This document shows, piece by piece, positions 13,085 through 26,600 of a stretch of DNA of 64,000 nt. Origin of the DNA: Lingula anatina (taxonomy: Eukaryota > Animalia > Brachiopoda); the NCBI GenBank assembly GCA_051362555.1, contig CM120642.1, forward strand, positions 29,140,001 through 29,204,000, given 5' to 3'. Position numbers and translations under genes: made by a program. Below the pieces are notes generated by a model. It saw only the letters and a list, made by a program, of their open reading frames with translations. It searched no databases and was not told where the DNA came from. Every line of letters starts with the position of its first letter. Positions within the stretch are counted from its first letter, which is position 1.

Positions 13085-14743
13085 CAGGGTTGCTACTTAA
13101 TATGGAATATTTTTTATCATTGTTATTTTTGAGTACTGATTAAATTTTTTTTGGCTTGAGTCATTAAAAAGTATGCCACTGAGTAATAAAAACATCCAGT
13201 TTTCTGTTGTGAGATATTTTGGTCAATGATATCAAATCTGACATAAGTTGCCATTCAAAAGAAAGGAACGCCCCTAGAAAACCATATCAACAGTTTAATG
13301 TCAGTATTAACTTTAAGCTAAGATATTAAAGTAAATGATAGCCTCCGGACAGTGATATGTTACACAGTCAAAGAACTCACTACAGTAAATCATGAAAAGC
13401 CAGTAATTGCGGGTATGACCTCCAGCAGCCGCTTGCAGCGCCCTCATCCTACATGGCATACCCTGTAACACGTTTTTTAGAGTTTGGATAGGGATATCAT
13501 TCTACGCAGTGATATTTGCCTGTCGCAGTTCATCACTATTTACCGGCCGATGACCATAGCTATTAATTCTGTGAGTTACTTTTGCCCAACGATTTTCAAT
13601 TGGGTTCATATCTGGAGAGTTTGCAGGCCAGGGCAGTTGCTAAACCCATTGGTTTTGCAGAAAAACAGTGATTCTGCGGCCTCGATGTGGGGTTGCGCAG
13701 TCGTCTTGGTACACAAAGTTGTTCCTGAAGATGGCTCTTACCAATCGAAGCATCGTTTGCTGTAGAATGTCTCTGTAGGAATCCTGGCTGAGGTTGCCTC
13801 TTAGAAAAACCAACTGGTTCTGGGCACCGACATGAAATTCTCCTCAAACAGAGACGTTACCACCCCCTGCTTGCACCCTAGGTAGTACACAATCATCGTT
13901 TTATGTCCCTCGTACACGTCGGTGGACACGGATTCGACCATCAACCCTAAAAGATCCAGATGTGGCCTCATTACTGAAAACGAAGTGATTCCAGTGTTTT
14001 GGCTGCAAACGCACGTGGTCCCCAGCCCATTGCAGACGTCGCTGTATATGACCTGCTGTTAACAGTGGTTTCCCTACTGGCCTTCGTGCAAAATAACCGG
14101 CTTGCAGTAATCTCTTATTCACGATTGACCTTGAAACGGGCGTTTGAATGACATTCTGCCTCTCTTTTCTGAGGACACTGGTTGCCTTTGTACGACCAGC
14201 ACGGCGTCCTCTAAGGAGAAGGCGATCTTGTCTTCTTGGTGTGATACGCGGACACCCTGGTCGAGGTATTGGAGTAGGTGCCCCTGTTGCAGCATTTCTT
14301 TGGAGGACTTTACAAACGGTTCTTGATAAATGTTGAATTACCTGGCAATGGCTGTCCGTTTCTGGACATTTTCTCTGAGAGCAAGAGTCCCATAGTAAGC
14401 TGCGTTGCTTAGCTGTCGAACCATATCTTCAATAAGGTACCTGTCAAGTTTCAGTGCGATCCCTTTGTTGCTTCTCTAAACACACTCCAAAGATTGACCA
14501 AGCCCATGCGTTTTTATACAAGGGCAGAAATTGCCGAAAAGACCACCCCTCACATTTCTGACCACAGAACATGCAACTGCATGCATCAATTGTTTCGAGA
14601 GTTGTGTGGTAATTAGGTAACACACCTGGCTACTCAGGGAGTGACACCTCAGATTTGGATGTAAAGTAGTTAGAGAGAAAATAAATATATTGTAGAAAAT
14701 TTACTCGCCAAAAAATAATATTCCATATTAAGTGGTAACCCTG
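13085..14743 (-). mobile_element. Tc1-family (DD34E) DNA transposon, full length but decayed
   Basis: ~27-bp TIRs CAGGGTTRCYACTTAATATGGAATATT, with TA on both sides (13083-84, 14744-45). Minus-strand remnants read ARRPVGKPLLT...RLQWA...WNHFVFSNE, YQDDCATPH and WPANSPDMNPIEN, with 34 residues between D and E. Carries in-frame stops and frameshifts. Confidence 0.92.
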
Positions 14744-15339
14744 TAGGTCTCAAGAAACCAACCTGAGGTTCATCAATCCTAAAATCACCAGTACCTTGTA
14801 CACTACAGGTGGACATTTATGTGCAGCAGTCAATATCGCAAAATTTGTCACATTTTTATTAGGCCTATATGTAAAAAAATGCCCTACAGCCATCCCGAGT
14901 TACAGATTATATTGCGAACTCTTGACTTTTTTGTCAGTAGGCCTATAATTTGATACTGATAATCTCATAATGGTAATAATAGATTACAGAAAAATATCCT
15001 TAGATTCTAAAAACAAGGGAGTCAGGTAATTTTTTTTCTACGCAATTAAAACTAAAAGCAAAGCAATTAAGATCCGAAATAAAAATGTTTTTCAATGGAG
15101 TAATATTATATGTTCGAGATATAGTCCCCTCTAAATCAAAATTAGCCCTACCAGTGGTTTAGAACTATAAACACACGTAGGGAAAACGTCCATTTTTTTA
15201 AAGAACTTCTTTTGATTTGCCGGGTGCAGGATTGAAGTAAAAGTAATTTTGAGAAGTAGATAAATCCTCGATATTTCGAGAGACACATTCTAACTCAATA
15301 TTTCAGCCTGTTTAGCTCGCAGAAAAATAAGTATTACCA

Positions 15340-15451
15340 CATTGCGACAGTTGAGCAAAGCGCACCAGTGACGCAATCACATGTGCCTGGGAGCCGCCAT
15401 CTTTAAATGAAGAAAATAGAATTCCGGGCAAGCTAATGCAAATAAGCAAAT
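15340..15451 (+). promoter_or_regulatory. maelstrom proximal promoter/5'UTR with YY1-like (GCCGCCATCTT, 15393-15403) and CRE-like (TGACGCAA, 15369-15376) motifs
   Basis: Motif matches in a CpG-retaining stretch just upstream of the ATG. Function is inferred. Confidence 0.4.
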
Positions 15452-17636
15452 ATGCCGAAGAAACAGCAAAGGAACGGATTTTATTTTTACATGCAGGATC
15501 TGATGCCAGAACTACGAAGAGAGGGTAGAGTTTTTCCAAATGGAATGGCGGACGTGGTTCCTGTTGCTCACCCTCGATGGAAGGTGACAGCTTCCTTCAA
15601 CATAATTCACGGCACTTGCACATGCAGTGACCTGTGCCTGTTTTGAACAGATTGTTGTAATAAATGTTTGGGTTAAAGAAACTCTAAATATATATAATGG
15701 ATTTTTTTCAATGTTATATTGATACAGCGAAGTGATAAAAAAGCAATTCCTTCGTGATAATTATTTCTTTTAGCTATATTTTTATTATTATTATTTAATT
15801 AAAGTTTGATTATCTGTCATTGCAAGCATAAGTGACTTTGATCGGTTGATGGATCCCAAAACCACATTTTACGACCTTTGTGATTGCACACTCATCTGTC
15901 GTAATGCCAAAACTTGATAAGCTTTAATATCCTTATTGTTACTCATTTATATATTTTAATATAACTATATATATATAATTAAAATTACAAATGTACCCAT
16001 GCAGTACTGCACTGGGCTGTAGAGAAACCATAGGTATAAGGTAAAAAAATCAAATCCAGTAGAAACAACAATCTAGAAATGACACAAACCAAAACCATGT
16101 CAAAGGCTACATGTCCAATAAAAATGTACGTAAAACTGAAGAGATAGCCAGAAGTGGGTTTATTAAGAGGAGCCATGCCACTAGACCAGTATTTATAGAT
16201 CCACTTTGATGCCAATCTTGAGTCCGCTTTTCTCAAGTTTTTCTGGCTACTTTCAGGGAGTATCACATTATTCATGACCACATTTTGTAATGTTGATATC
16301 TTATACAGAGCATAAATTTTTCCAGATGCTTTCAGAGCAAGATAAGGCGAGGTATGAACAGATGGCCAAGGAATGGAAAGCGAAGATGCGTGGTGCAGAG
16401 GGAGACAAATACAGAGTTGATAATGTGGGGAACCTCCTCAGTGTAAGTGTATCACATGGTGGGCATCTCGATAGTCCAAAAAATGGTAACATTTTCATCA
16501 GTTTTTTAATCAAGGGTTCATTGGTCCGAAGGTTCTATAGTGAACATGCTGACCAATGAACCTTCCGACTATTGCTTTGGCCCCTTCACATTATTATGTG
16601 GGGAACCTCAAATCATCTTTACTAATTACAAAATAACAATTTTTGAAAATATTTTCTTTTAGGAAAGAAAAGATGAAAAGAAAGAATATGATATAGACAG
16701 GATGAGGGAAAGAAAACAAGTGAGAACCAAATGGCCAGCTGGGCAAGGTAAACTGCATAATTTTATACTGTAAAGGGTGTTATGCCATGCATTTTCTAAC
16801 TGTGTTTGTTTTAGCCCAGTTGATATTTTTACCCAATTGGTTATACTTGATGTAAACTGAGCATATTTTACTTTGAACAGAATAGTTGAATTTATTTATT
16901 CATTCATATTTATTTTTGCATTTGGCAGATATAAACGTGTTACTCAATTGATGAAATACAGCCCCAAATTTTATTGCCTGTATTTATGAAAATCTTCTAA
17001 AATAAAAATATTCACCCAGTAGACATAACAATTTATTGAAAAATAAATACTGCAAGTTATTTCACAAGCAATATTTGATTCTTTCTATTCATTTCTAGGT
17101 GTAATCCATGAAAAGTTCTACTTCATCAGTTTCCAGTACCTGTGTGAGACGGAAGAAGGATATTTTATTCCAGTGGAAGTAGGATTGATAGAGTACAGTC
17201 TGAACAATGGCATTACCAAACATCTACACAGGATGATAGAACCAGGTACTTTTAATTAGTTTTCAAATTACATCATAAATTCAAGTGTGAAATGAGTGGG
17301 TTTTTTATAACCATTTTTTTGTGTTCTTAGTGAGATACACATGCTATCACCCATTGGCTTCTTCTTAACTGTTCTTTTTGGCATAGAGTCCCTAGCGATA
17401 AGATATGATTTGTGCAATTTTCAGGATCTGGTTTTCCTCCTTTTGATAGATTGCCCTTTGTCTTTCAGGTCCTATTCCCACAGGATACAGATATACATGC
17501 CAAAATCACAGTAAGTCTTTTGTTTAAATCTTTCTTTGTATCATTCTTTTTGTTTAGTTCATTTTTATCAAGAATTTGTTTCATTTGAACATAACAGTTA
17601 TTTACACTGAGCTTTTGGTCTAACTTTGATAGGATT

Positions 17637-17690
<54 letters not shown>

Positions 17691-20600
17691 TAAAGATGAC
17701 AGAGTGAAAGTGTTGAATTTTGCCACAAGATGTTGAATTTATGAATTGATATGTCTGTGTAGTAAATGTATAAATTCTCTATAATTTTTTTCAGGTGATG
17801 AAACACATCAAATTCCAATAGAAAGGTTTGAATATGCAGACAAAAACTACATGGGTCTATGGATACAGATGGAAAACTTCTTAAATCCCAACCAAGAGAA
17901 AAAAGAATCTCCACCTTTATATTGTCAGGTATATGTTGGTTGGTGTTCACTGTGATAGAAAATTAAGAGAGAATCTATGGAAGTAAGCAAGTCTCTCATA
18001 AAGTATGGTGTCAACTGTCACAGACTTATGAAGTCCACAGTAGTGTCTGTGTGTAAGACTGCATTCCCATAGATTTTTAGATCGATCTATCCCCTGGGTA
18101 GTCTCACTAGATTGCTGTCAGCTTAACCGGCTTAAATGTCCGTCTCACCTACTAAAAGCTGTAAGGGGGTAATTAACTATAGTGCACGCTCGGCTGACAG
18201 CAATTTAGCGTGAACCCTCAGCTAGTTAGGTCAATCCAGATGGATCTAAATCTGGGAATGCAGTCTTACAGTAGATGTTAGCACTTGCCAGTGGGACAGC
18301 ACGACAAACTTTCCTTAATTGCCACTGTTCAGAAAAGTTGATTGACACATTGATGTATTTCATAAAATGGGCAGACCAAGGTGTCAGTTTGTGTGCTTAC
18401 CAGGGAGTGTAATGAAATGAAAAAAGTAGTAGTTATTCTTGATGTTTACCCAGTTATGTTCTTTTATAGAAAAGGAAGTAGATTTATTTCAGAAGTGCTC
18501 ATAAAAATAGATTTTATATTTATTTTCAAGCAATTCATAATGTTTCCTTTACTGATCATTTACTTTATTTTTTAGAAAGCTGAATGGAAATGTGTGAACA
18601 GTTGTTTGGAATGGCTCCATGCACATGCATGTCTTGGATATGCGAACAGGCTACGAAAAGTCTACGAGCTGGACGGATTAGTACAGGATCTCTACGCACA
18701 TTCATCTGCCTCCACTGCTATCGGGGAATGCACTGATCTTATCACTACATCTGCTTATGACTATGAGATTAACACAAGGTAGGAATTACCGTCTTAAGGA
18801 TGATTTGCTTTTATCCAAGTGACTGTTTCTTATAAAAAAACAATTACAAATTGTTGGAAAAATGGGGTCATATTTATCATTTTCTTTAGGCATTGTTGTT
18901 TGTTCTTTATTTAGTGTTTTGTGAAGTTAAAAGCTGTCAAGCATGAGTAAAGGTCTTCTTTTTTACACACATCTGTTTTAATTTGAATTTCCAGTCAATC
19001 TTGCCTCCAGAAATGTTCCCAGATGTTAATTTTTTCCCTTATTTTGGGTCATGTTCAATTTAAAAAAATAGATGGAGAGAGAGATTCTATTATTTGTTGA
19101 AATAATTGACTTACAGTTTTAACATGTAGGTCAAAAGCAAGAAAGCCTGGATGATGTACAATTTTCCAGAGGTTTCATATTTGCCCCCCATGTTTTAAAT
19201 CTAGATAGATTGAAGGTAAAATGTAAGTTATTTGATATGAGCAATTTAGAATTATTTTACCAGGTGTGATTACCATGAAGATAAGGAGGTCAAGCACTGT
19301 GCTCTGGCTACTGTTCGCAGATTTGCGTAAGTGTAGATTCATTTGTTAAATTTGTGATAATTGTTTTGGTATTTTTATGATATGTCAGAGTCTATCTTTA
19401 CTCTCTCTTCACGGCAAAACAAAAATTGTGTTTTTCATTAATTTGTACAATGGTTGAATTTCTTGTTTGATAATTAAGATATTTACATTGTTTCTATTGA
19501 TTTGGGGGAAGATAAGAAAACTTGAATGAAATACATGTATTGCCCTCTTAGTTGTTAGTAGAAATATTACATATACTGTGTTAGGCAACTCAAGATGTGA
19601 TAGAATTACATTTCAGCATGACTACTCATTGAATTTTTTGGATGAATTGTTACACACAGTACTGATCTCATCCAAAGTATGCATTACCTCTTTTATCTCA
19701 TTCTATACACAAACGCACTGGTATCTCAGACTTTTGAATTTGTTGTGAGATGCTTTTGTAATCTCATCGCACCTTTCAATCAAACTTATAGAAATTTGTG
19801 AAAGCAAGACTATTATAATGTAGAATTATTGTACATTCCAGATACGCTCTCTCAGATTCCTTATCAGAAATCTATGACTTTGAGATTACTGCACAACACC
19901 TACCAGTCCGTCCAGATGATCAGCCGGCTTACACCTTGATAGAGCCTGCGTCTATTAAGATCGCCCCACTGCCCGCGGGGAGGAACAGAAGTAACCAGTC
20001 CCCATCCAGGGGTAGTCCAGGCAGGGGGAGAGGACAGGCCAACACCAGCAATAATGGCAGTTTTCCAGCCAGGGATTTTAGACTGAATCAAAATGTTAGT
20101 ATTGTGAGAAATGGATGATTATGTTTGACTGATGTTTATAGCTTTTTCATTTCTTTTTACCATTGCATGGTCACATTTATTATCATGACTTTAACCTTTT
20201 CTGGTAATCTCGATCTCTTAGTGTAATTTTCTTTTTATTCCCCCCCTCCCTGAGTTTGTACAGTTTTTTCTTTAAAATGTTAAAATTTTATTTGTAGAAA
20301 TATAAAATCGTTCAGAAAATACAGTGAAGAAATAAAAATGTGTTGTTTATAGGAAGCAGGTTCTCAGCTTCAGCACCAGCAGTATGTGGAGCCATCTCAG
20401 ACAATACGTAGACCAAATGTGCCAAAGGTGGCAGCACAGTCAACCTTCCCACCAGCTCCAAGACAAGCCCCATGGGCGGCCAAACCAGCTTTTAACCAGG
20501 GTCAAGCTTTGTCGCAGTTAGGGGCAGGTGAGGGTTTAAAAGAGTCATTATAAGGATAATGATAGGTAAAATTCCACTCCATTTGCAAGCTAATCCATGT

Positions 20601-23600
20601 CTGCTGGATTTAAAGGTCATTAGAAAATTTTGAATTTGGTTTTAGAAGACTGTTACAAGGGTATCATAGTGGAAATTTTTAGCTTTGTCTTATTTTCAAT
20701 TTCCCTTAAAATTGCATATGAGTTAGCAACTGAAATAAAACTTGTTTAAAAAATGTCAAACATTTTCGATTCGAATGTTAATATTGACTGCAATTTGTCA
20801 TAAATGTACCTTAAAACAAGGTGTGAATTTTAATTTTATACTGTAATATGAGAAGGTGAAATTTGAATCATGGGCCTTTATTTCAAGGAGCTCCCTCAGC
20901 TGCTGCACCTGCACCTCATCCTCTCCAACAGATGTCAGCACCAGCTCCGTGGGCTCAGAAAGCTGCTGGGCTGCCAAGAGGAGCCCAAAACACATCTGGA
21001 GCTGCTTTGCCCCCTAGAAATCCATCTTTCCATGGAGATTTGCAAGATGCCGAAGAGTTTCCTAGTCTTGGAGGTAATTATGTTTTGAATGAATGTAAAG
21101 AGATAGGGTTTTCTCTTTTAATTAGTATTTTCCGTTGCTGTTTTTACTAAACCCTACCTAAACCCTACTTATAATCCTATCTGTGCATCTACAAATAGCA
21201 ATTGCTCTCCTTGAGATAAAATCTGACAGTGTATTTTAAAAGTTGACGCTGTACCTTATGCTATAGGCCCCACTTCCATAGCAGTGCCAGCACAAGCCCC
21301 AAAGTTTGCTGGGAGAGGGTCTGCAGCGCCACCTGCCCAAGCTGCTCCCAAACCACCAGTTTCCTGGAGTTCACAAGGTAAAACAAAGACTTAGCCCAGC
21401 CTTTTCAATACACACTCTCCTGGCAAATATATTATTGGTAACTTGTATGCCCCTTGTGTAGTGTATTCTATATGTGCACAGTACTGTGCTTGTAGTTGAT
21501 TGTAACTCCTGGACCATCTGGTATACTGGAATAAGAGCGGATTCTCAACGAATTGAGCCAGGCTTTACAAAGCCGGTGACCTAAAAATGGCGGACGTACA
21601 TGAAAGAAAAACCGCCTAATCTTTTTATAGTCTCTCCGCCTCCCCACACGTCGTCCCTGCGGGGTACAGTAATTAAATCTCGGCTCCAACCTCCAACTAC
21701 GTCTACTGGGGCTGGGTAGTTCTGTGAATATCTCTGGTGATATTATCTCCGTAGATAGTCGATTCGTTGCTGCTCTACGGGCCAATTCATTCCTTTTTCG
21801 TCTCTGTTTTGACAGATAATAAAACAGAAGAGCTTTTTTCCTTCGAACGCCTTCAGCCGCCATGCTTTCTTCACCACGAGTTTAACTGATGAGCATGCGC
21901 ACTTAATATTTCTCAGGTAGCTTCCGCATGGCGAACGGAGCCGAGATTTAATTACTGTATCCCGCAGGAACGACGTGTGGGGAGGCGGAGAGACTATTAA
22001 AAGATTAGGCGGTTTTCTTTCATGTACGTTCGCCATTTTTAGGTCACCGGCTTTGTAAAGCCTGGCTCAATTCGTTGAAAATCCGCTCCAAGTGCTGTGG
22101 CCCACTCTTTTAAACTTTAAACTTCCACTGAAAAAATGATCATACCAGGTTTTTTTTCACACTCCTTTATATACAGTGCCTTTACATTGTGGAGCTCTTC
22201 TGACAGAAGGGTTATTTTTGGGTTTTCAGAATGTTCATGACTGTGGATAGTTCAGAATGTTTTGTTTTATAAAAGTTGTCTAATTCTTACTGATATATTT
22301 TATGTTCCAGTGCAATATCCAAGTGCCAATACTCAGTCAACAGGTGCTCCACTCCAAACAACTGGTAAGTAACTTTCTACAGCTCAAACTGGGAGAACTT
22401 AACAGTGATGTAGATCGATTATTGTAAGCACAGTTGTATTGAGTTGTAGTTCATTGGATAGTATTACGTAGAACAAGGCTTTAGTCCATCTTGAGTGATC
22501 AGTCTTGTCACTTATTCTATTGAAAATTTTTTAGGTACTTACAAATTGTTTGTTTAGTCCAATCAAATTTTGGTCACAGAGTGAATAAAACTGAACTGAT
22601 ATTTGCAACATTCCTGAAATGGCAGCCTCTTTTGAGCTGATGCTGGCATATAATAATTTTGCTGTAAAGAATTTTTTTCTTCAAATAAAAGGTTGATTAA
22701 ATCTTCTAGGATTGATTTTTAATGCCAATTTATGTTTTGACTCAACATTTTAATTTGGCTTAATTATTTCACCAATTTGGGTAAATCAAACTTAATTGGA
22801 TTGAGCCGTTAGAGTTACACCATTGCATGCAATAATATATATGCTTTTGAGAGGCATTGCAGTTAAGTTGGAATACCTGCCAGATTAGTTAGGTGTACAA
22901 AATGAATGACTGTGTTGTCTCTACAGTGTCATCAGGTGCTCAGGGTGTTGCGATGCCCAGACCAGCTTGGGGAGCAGGGTCACAGGCAGGTAAGCATACA
23001 GTGTCAGGTTGTAGAGCACAGCTAGCTGATATTTCACTACTCGAAAATTTAATATTTGTCATGTTTAGAGTGTTTTCCATTAAGCTTTACTCGAGGTTTT
23101 AAAGTGAATTGATATTCACTCTTGTACTGGTTCTTATATTTTGCAACAGGGATCACATCCTCCATACATTTTTGTGTCATTTTCTGAAGTATTTTAAATC
23201 GATCATAGCAAACTGTTAAGTATTTCAGATAATGTATATATAACTATATAACCACCTAGTGCATCAGGCTTACTCAAGTCATACATTTGTATAATCTTCC
23301 GTATTCCCAGGGTCTCCTGGCAGGGGCCAAGCAAGAGGAAGGGGTATATACAACCCTGGAGCAACCAGGCCACCCCCTGGGTTTGCCAACCCCCCTGTAG
23401 GGCGTGGTGCCCCCTGTGCCATGGTGGGACGTGGTTATGCCATTCCCCCAGGAATGGGGCGTGGCTTACTTGGTCAGCCATCACAGGCAATCCGGCTGTC
23501 CGGCCCAGTTACTCAGAACGGTAGGGTGTGTTCACTCTGGGTTCAGATGAACCAATGAAATTTGTCTGAACTGTTGCCAAATAGTTTCAATTAGAATTAA

Positions 23601-26600
23601 GGCAGTTAACTCGTCTGAGTTCTAACTTGGGATAATGACCTTTTAAATTTCCTAATTTTTCAACAAAGATCAATCTTTTTGCTCTGATTACACCCATTAA
23701 TTTCACTTAATTGTATCCAGTTTTAAGTTTAAAAATAATAAATTTTATAAGCGTGTTTACAAACAATGATTAATTATCATAATCATTTATCCTTCTTATT
23801 TATTATTGTACCACCAGCGTTAGCGCTGGCGGTACACATGGTTTCGGTCCCGTCCGGATCGTTCCGCCGGCTCCGCCGGCTCCGCCGGTTCCGCCGGCTC
23901 CGCCGGCTCCGCCGGACGGCTACCGTTACCGCTTCTCCTCCTAGACGGTAAGGGCCCCCGTACCCATCTCTTGGATTTAGGTCACCTATAATCTCAACTC
24001 GTTCCACGTAAAATTTGGGCTTTGTCGGTATTGGGGTCTAGGTGTGGCACTCATTGCAATGCACCCTTGTCTAAAAATGGCAAAATTAAATGCTAATTAT
24101 CTACCCTACGGAAGGAATTATGGGAAAAATTTCTACAGACAGCTTTCCAAAAGTCATATGTGTAGATTTCAAATATGCCCTTGGATTTGACCTTTGACCT
24201 TTATTTCAAGGTCAAACGGGCCAAAATTTTCAAAAAAATTAATTTTTTTACGAAAAAAAAATTATTTGCCCTGTTATTCAGACACCACACAGACTTAACC
24301 AAAAATATTATTGGAAGTTGTTACCCTTCAGGTCATCTTTCATCTCCGTGAATTTGGGGTCAATCGGTGCATTTTCACGGGAGTAGCGGCCATAAGATAC
24401 TGAAACTGAAAACTGTCTCTAATTCGGGAACCGTTAATGCTAGAGACCCATTCTTTTTTGCATTTTGTAGAGCATGTAAAGCCCAACACTGGAGGTGGTC
24501 TCCGTTTTTTTGTATTCCATACGGTTTTCGAGTTACGCTGTATCAAAAAGTACATATTGGTGGTGAAAGCAAAATGTGCAGTATGGTAATGGATAATAAA
24601 TTTTGAACTCCAGAAAAAAATATATATAAGGCTTGGCAAAGCAGACAACTCATGGTCAAAAATAACATTATTTCATCAAATTTGAACTTCTGGAACTTCA
24701 GAGCACCTCCCATTTCAAGAATTTTGACCAAAATTACCTTTTCTTTATTTTAATTAATTTTTTTCTGTAGGAAATTTATGGCACATTATGGTAACTCCAA
24801 AATTATAACATTTAGTCCCTTATATCTCCAAAACTGGCAGAGATAGGTCCATAGTTACTATTGAAGTTGAATAGGAAGTCATATACTGGCAATCTTACTG
24901 TGACCTTGAAATTGACCTTTGACCTACTTTTCACCATGAACTGAACTTTGCAATTTTGCTTCCCTTTTATCTACAAAACTGGCAGAGATATGTCCATAGT
25001 TACTATTGAACTTGAATAGGAAGTCATATACTGGCAATCTAAATGTGTCCTTAAAATTGACCTTTGACCTACTTTTCACCATGAACTGAACTTTGCAAAT
25101 TTTGCTTCACTTTTATCTCCAAAACTGGCAGAGATAGGTCCATAGTTACTATTGAACTTGAATAGGAAGTCATATACTGGCAATCTAAATGTGACCTTGA
25201 AATTGACCTTTGACCTACTATTCACCATGAACTGAACTTTGCAAATTTTGCTTCCCTTTTATCTCCAAAACTGGCAGAGATATGTTGATAGTTACCATTG
25301 AAGTTGAATAGGAAGTCATATACTGGCAATCTTACTGTGACCTTGAAATTGACCTTTGACCTACTTTTCACCATGAACTGAACTTTGTAAATTTTGCTTC
25401 CCTTTTTTCTCCAGCACTGGCTGAGATAGGTCCATAATTACTATAGAACTTGAATAGGAAGTCATATACTGGCAATCTAAATGTGACCTTAAAATTGACC
25501 TTTTACCTACTTTTCACCATGAACTGAACTTTGCAAATTTTGCTTCCCTTTTATCTCCAAAGTTACGCTGTATCAAAAAGTACATATTGGTGGTGAAAGC
25601 AAAATGTGCAGTACGGTAATGGATAATAAATTTTGAACTCCAGAAAAATAAAACATAAGGCTTGGCGAAGCAGACAACTTGTGGTCAAAAAAAAATAACA
25701 TTATTTCATCAAATTTGAACATCTCGAACTTCAGAGCACCTCCCATTTCAAGAATTTTGACCAAAATGACCTTTTCTTTATTTTAATTATTTTTTTCTGT
25801 AGGAAATTTATGGCACATTATGGTAACTCCAAAATTATAACATTTAGTCCCTTATATCTCCAAAACTGGCAGAGATAGGTCCATAGTTACTATTGAAGTT
25901 GAATAGGAAGTCATATACTGGCAATCTTACTGTGATCTTTAAATTGATCTTTGACCTACTTTTCACTATGAACTGAACTTTGCAAATTTTGCTTCCCTTT
26001 TATCTCCAAAACTGGCAGAGATATGTCCATAGTTACTATTGAAGTTGAATAGGAAGTCATATACTGGCAATCTTACTGTGTCCTTAAAATTGACCTTTGA
26101 CCTACTTTTCACCATAAACTGAACTTTGTAAATTTTGCTTCCCTTTTATCTCCAAAACTGGCAGAGATAGGTCCATAGTTACTATTGAAGTTGAATAGGA
26201 AGTCATATACTGGCAATCTAAATGTGACCTTAAAATTGACCTTTGACCTACTTTCCACCATGAACTGAACTTGCAAATTTTGCTTCCCTTTTATCTCCAA
26301 AGTTACGCTGTATCAAAAAGTATATATTGGTGGTGAAAGCAAAATGCGCAGTACGGTAATGGATAATAAATTTTGAACTCCAGAAAAATAAAACATAAGG
26401 CTTGGCAAAGCAGACAACTCATGGTCAAAAATGACATTATATCATCAAATTTGAACATCTCGAACTTCAAGACACTTCCCATTTCAAGAATTTTGACCAA
26501 AATTACCTTTTCTTTATTTTAATTAATTTTTTCTGTAGGAAATTTATGGCACATTATGGTAACTCCAAAATTATAACATTTAGTCCCTTATATCTCCAAA

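Noticed and set aside
13484-14336. Plus-strand ORFs, or an active transposase in the Tc1
   Set aside because: The plus-strand ORFs are antisense shadows. The real minus-strand transposase has stops, frameshifts and a D->N catalytic change.
17465-17950. 161-aa minus-strand ORF with poly-Lys
   Set aside because: The poly-K comes from an intronic poly-T run, and the ORF is antisense to real MAEL exons.
21468-22036. Two basic minus-strand ORFs (131 and 97 aa)
   Set aside because: They lie in the GC-richer foldback element and show no domain signature.
23766-24007. Arg-rich (RRLRR/RRSRR) protamine-like ORFs
   Set aside because: They are translations of the 9-bp TCCGCCGGC repeat at the HINE 5' end.
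24543-26500. Repeated MVKILEMG... ORFs as a gene family
   Set aside because: They are by-products of the triplicated spacer block; frames and ends are not conserved.
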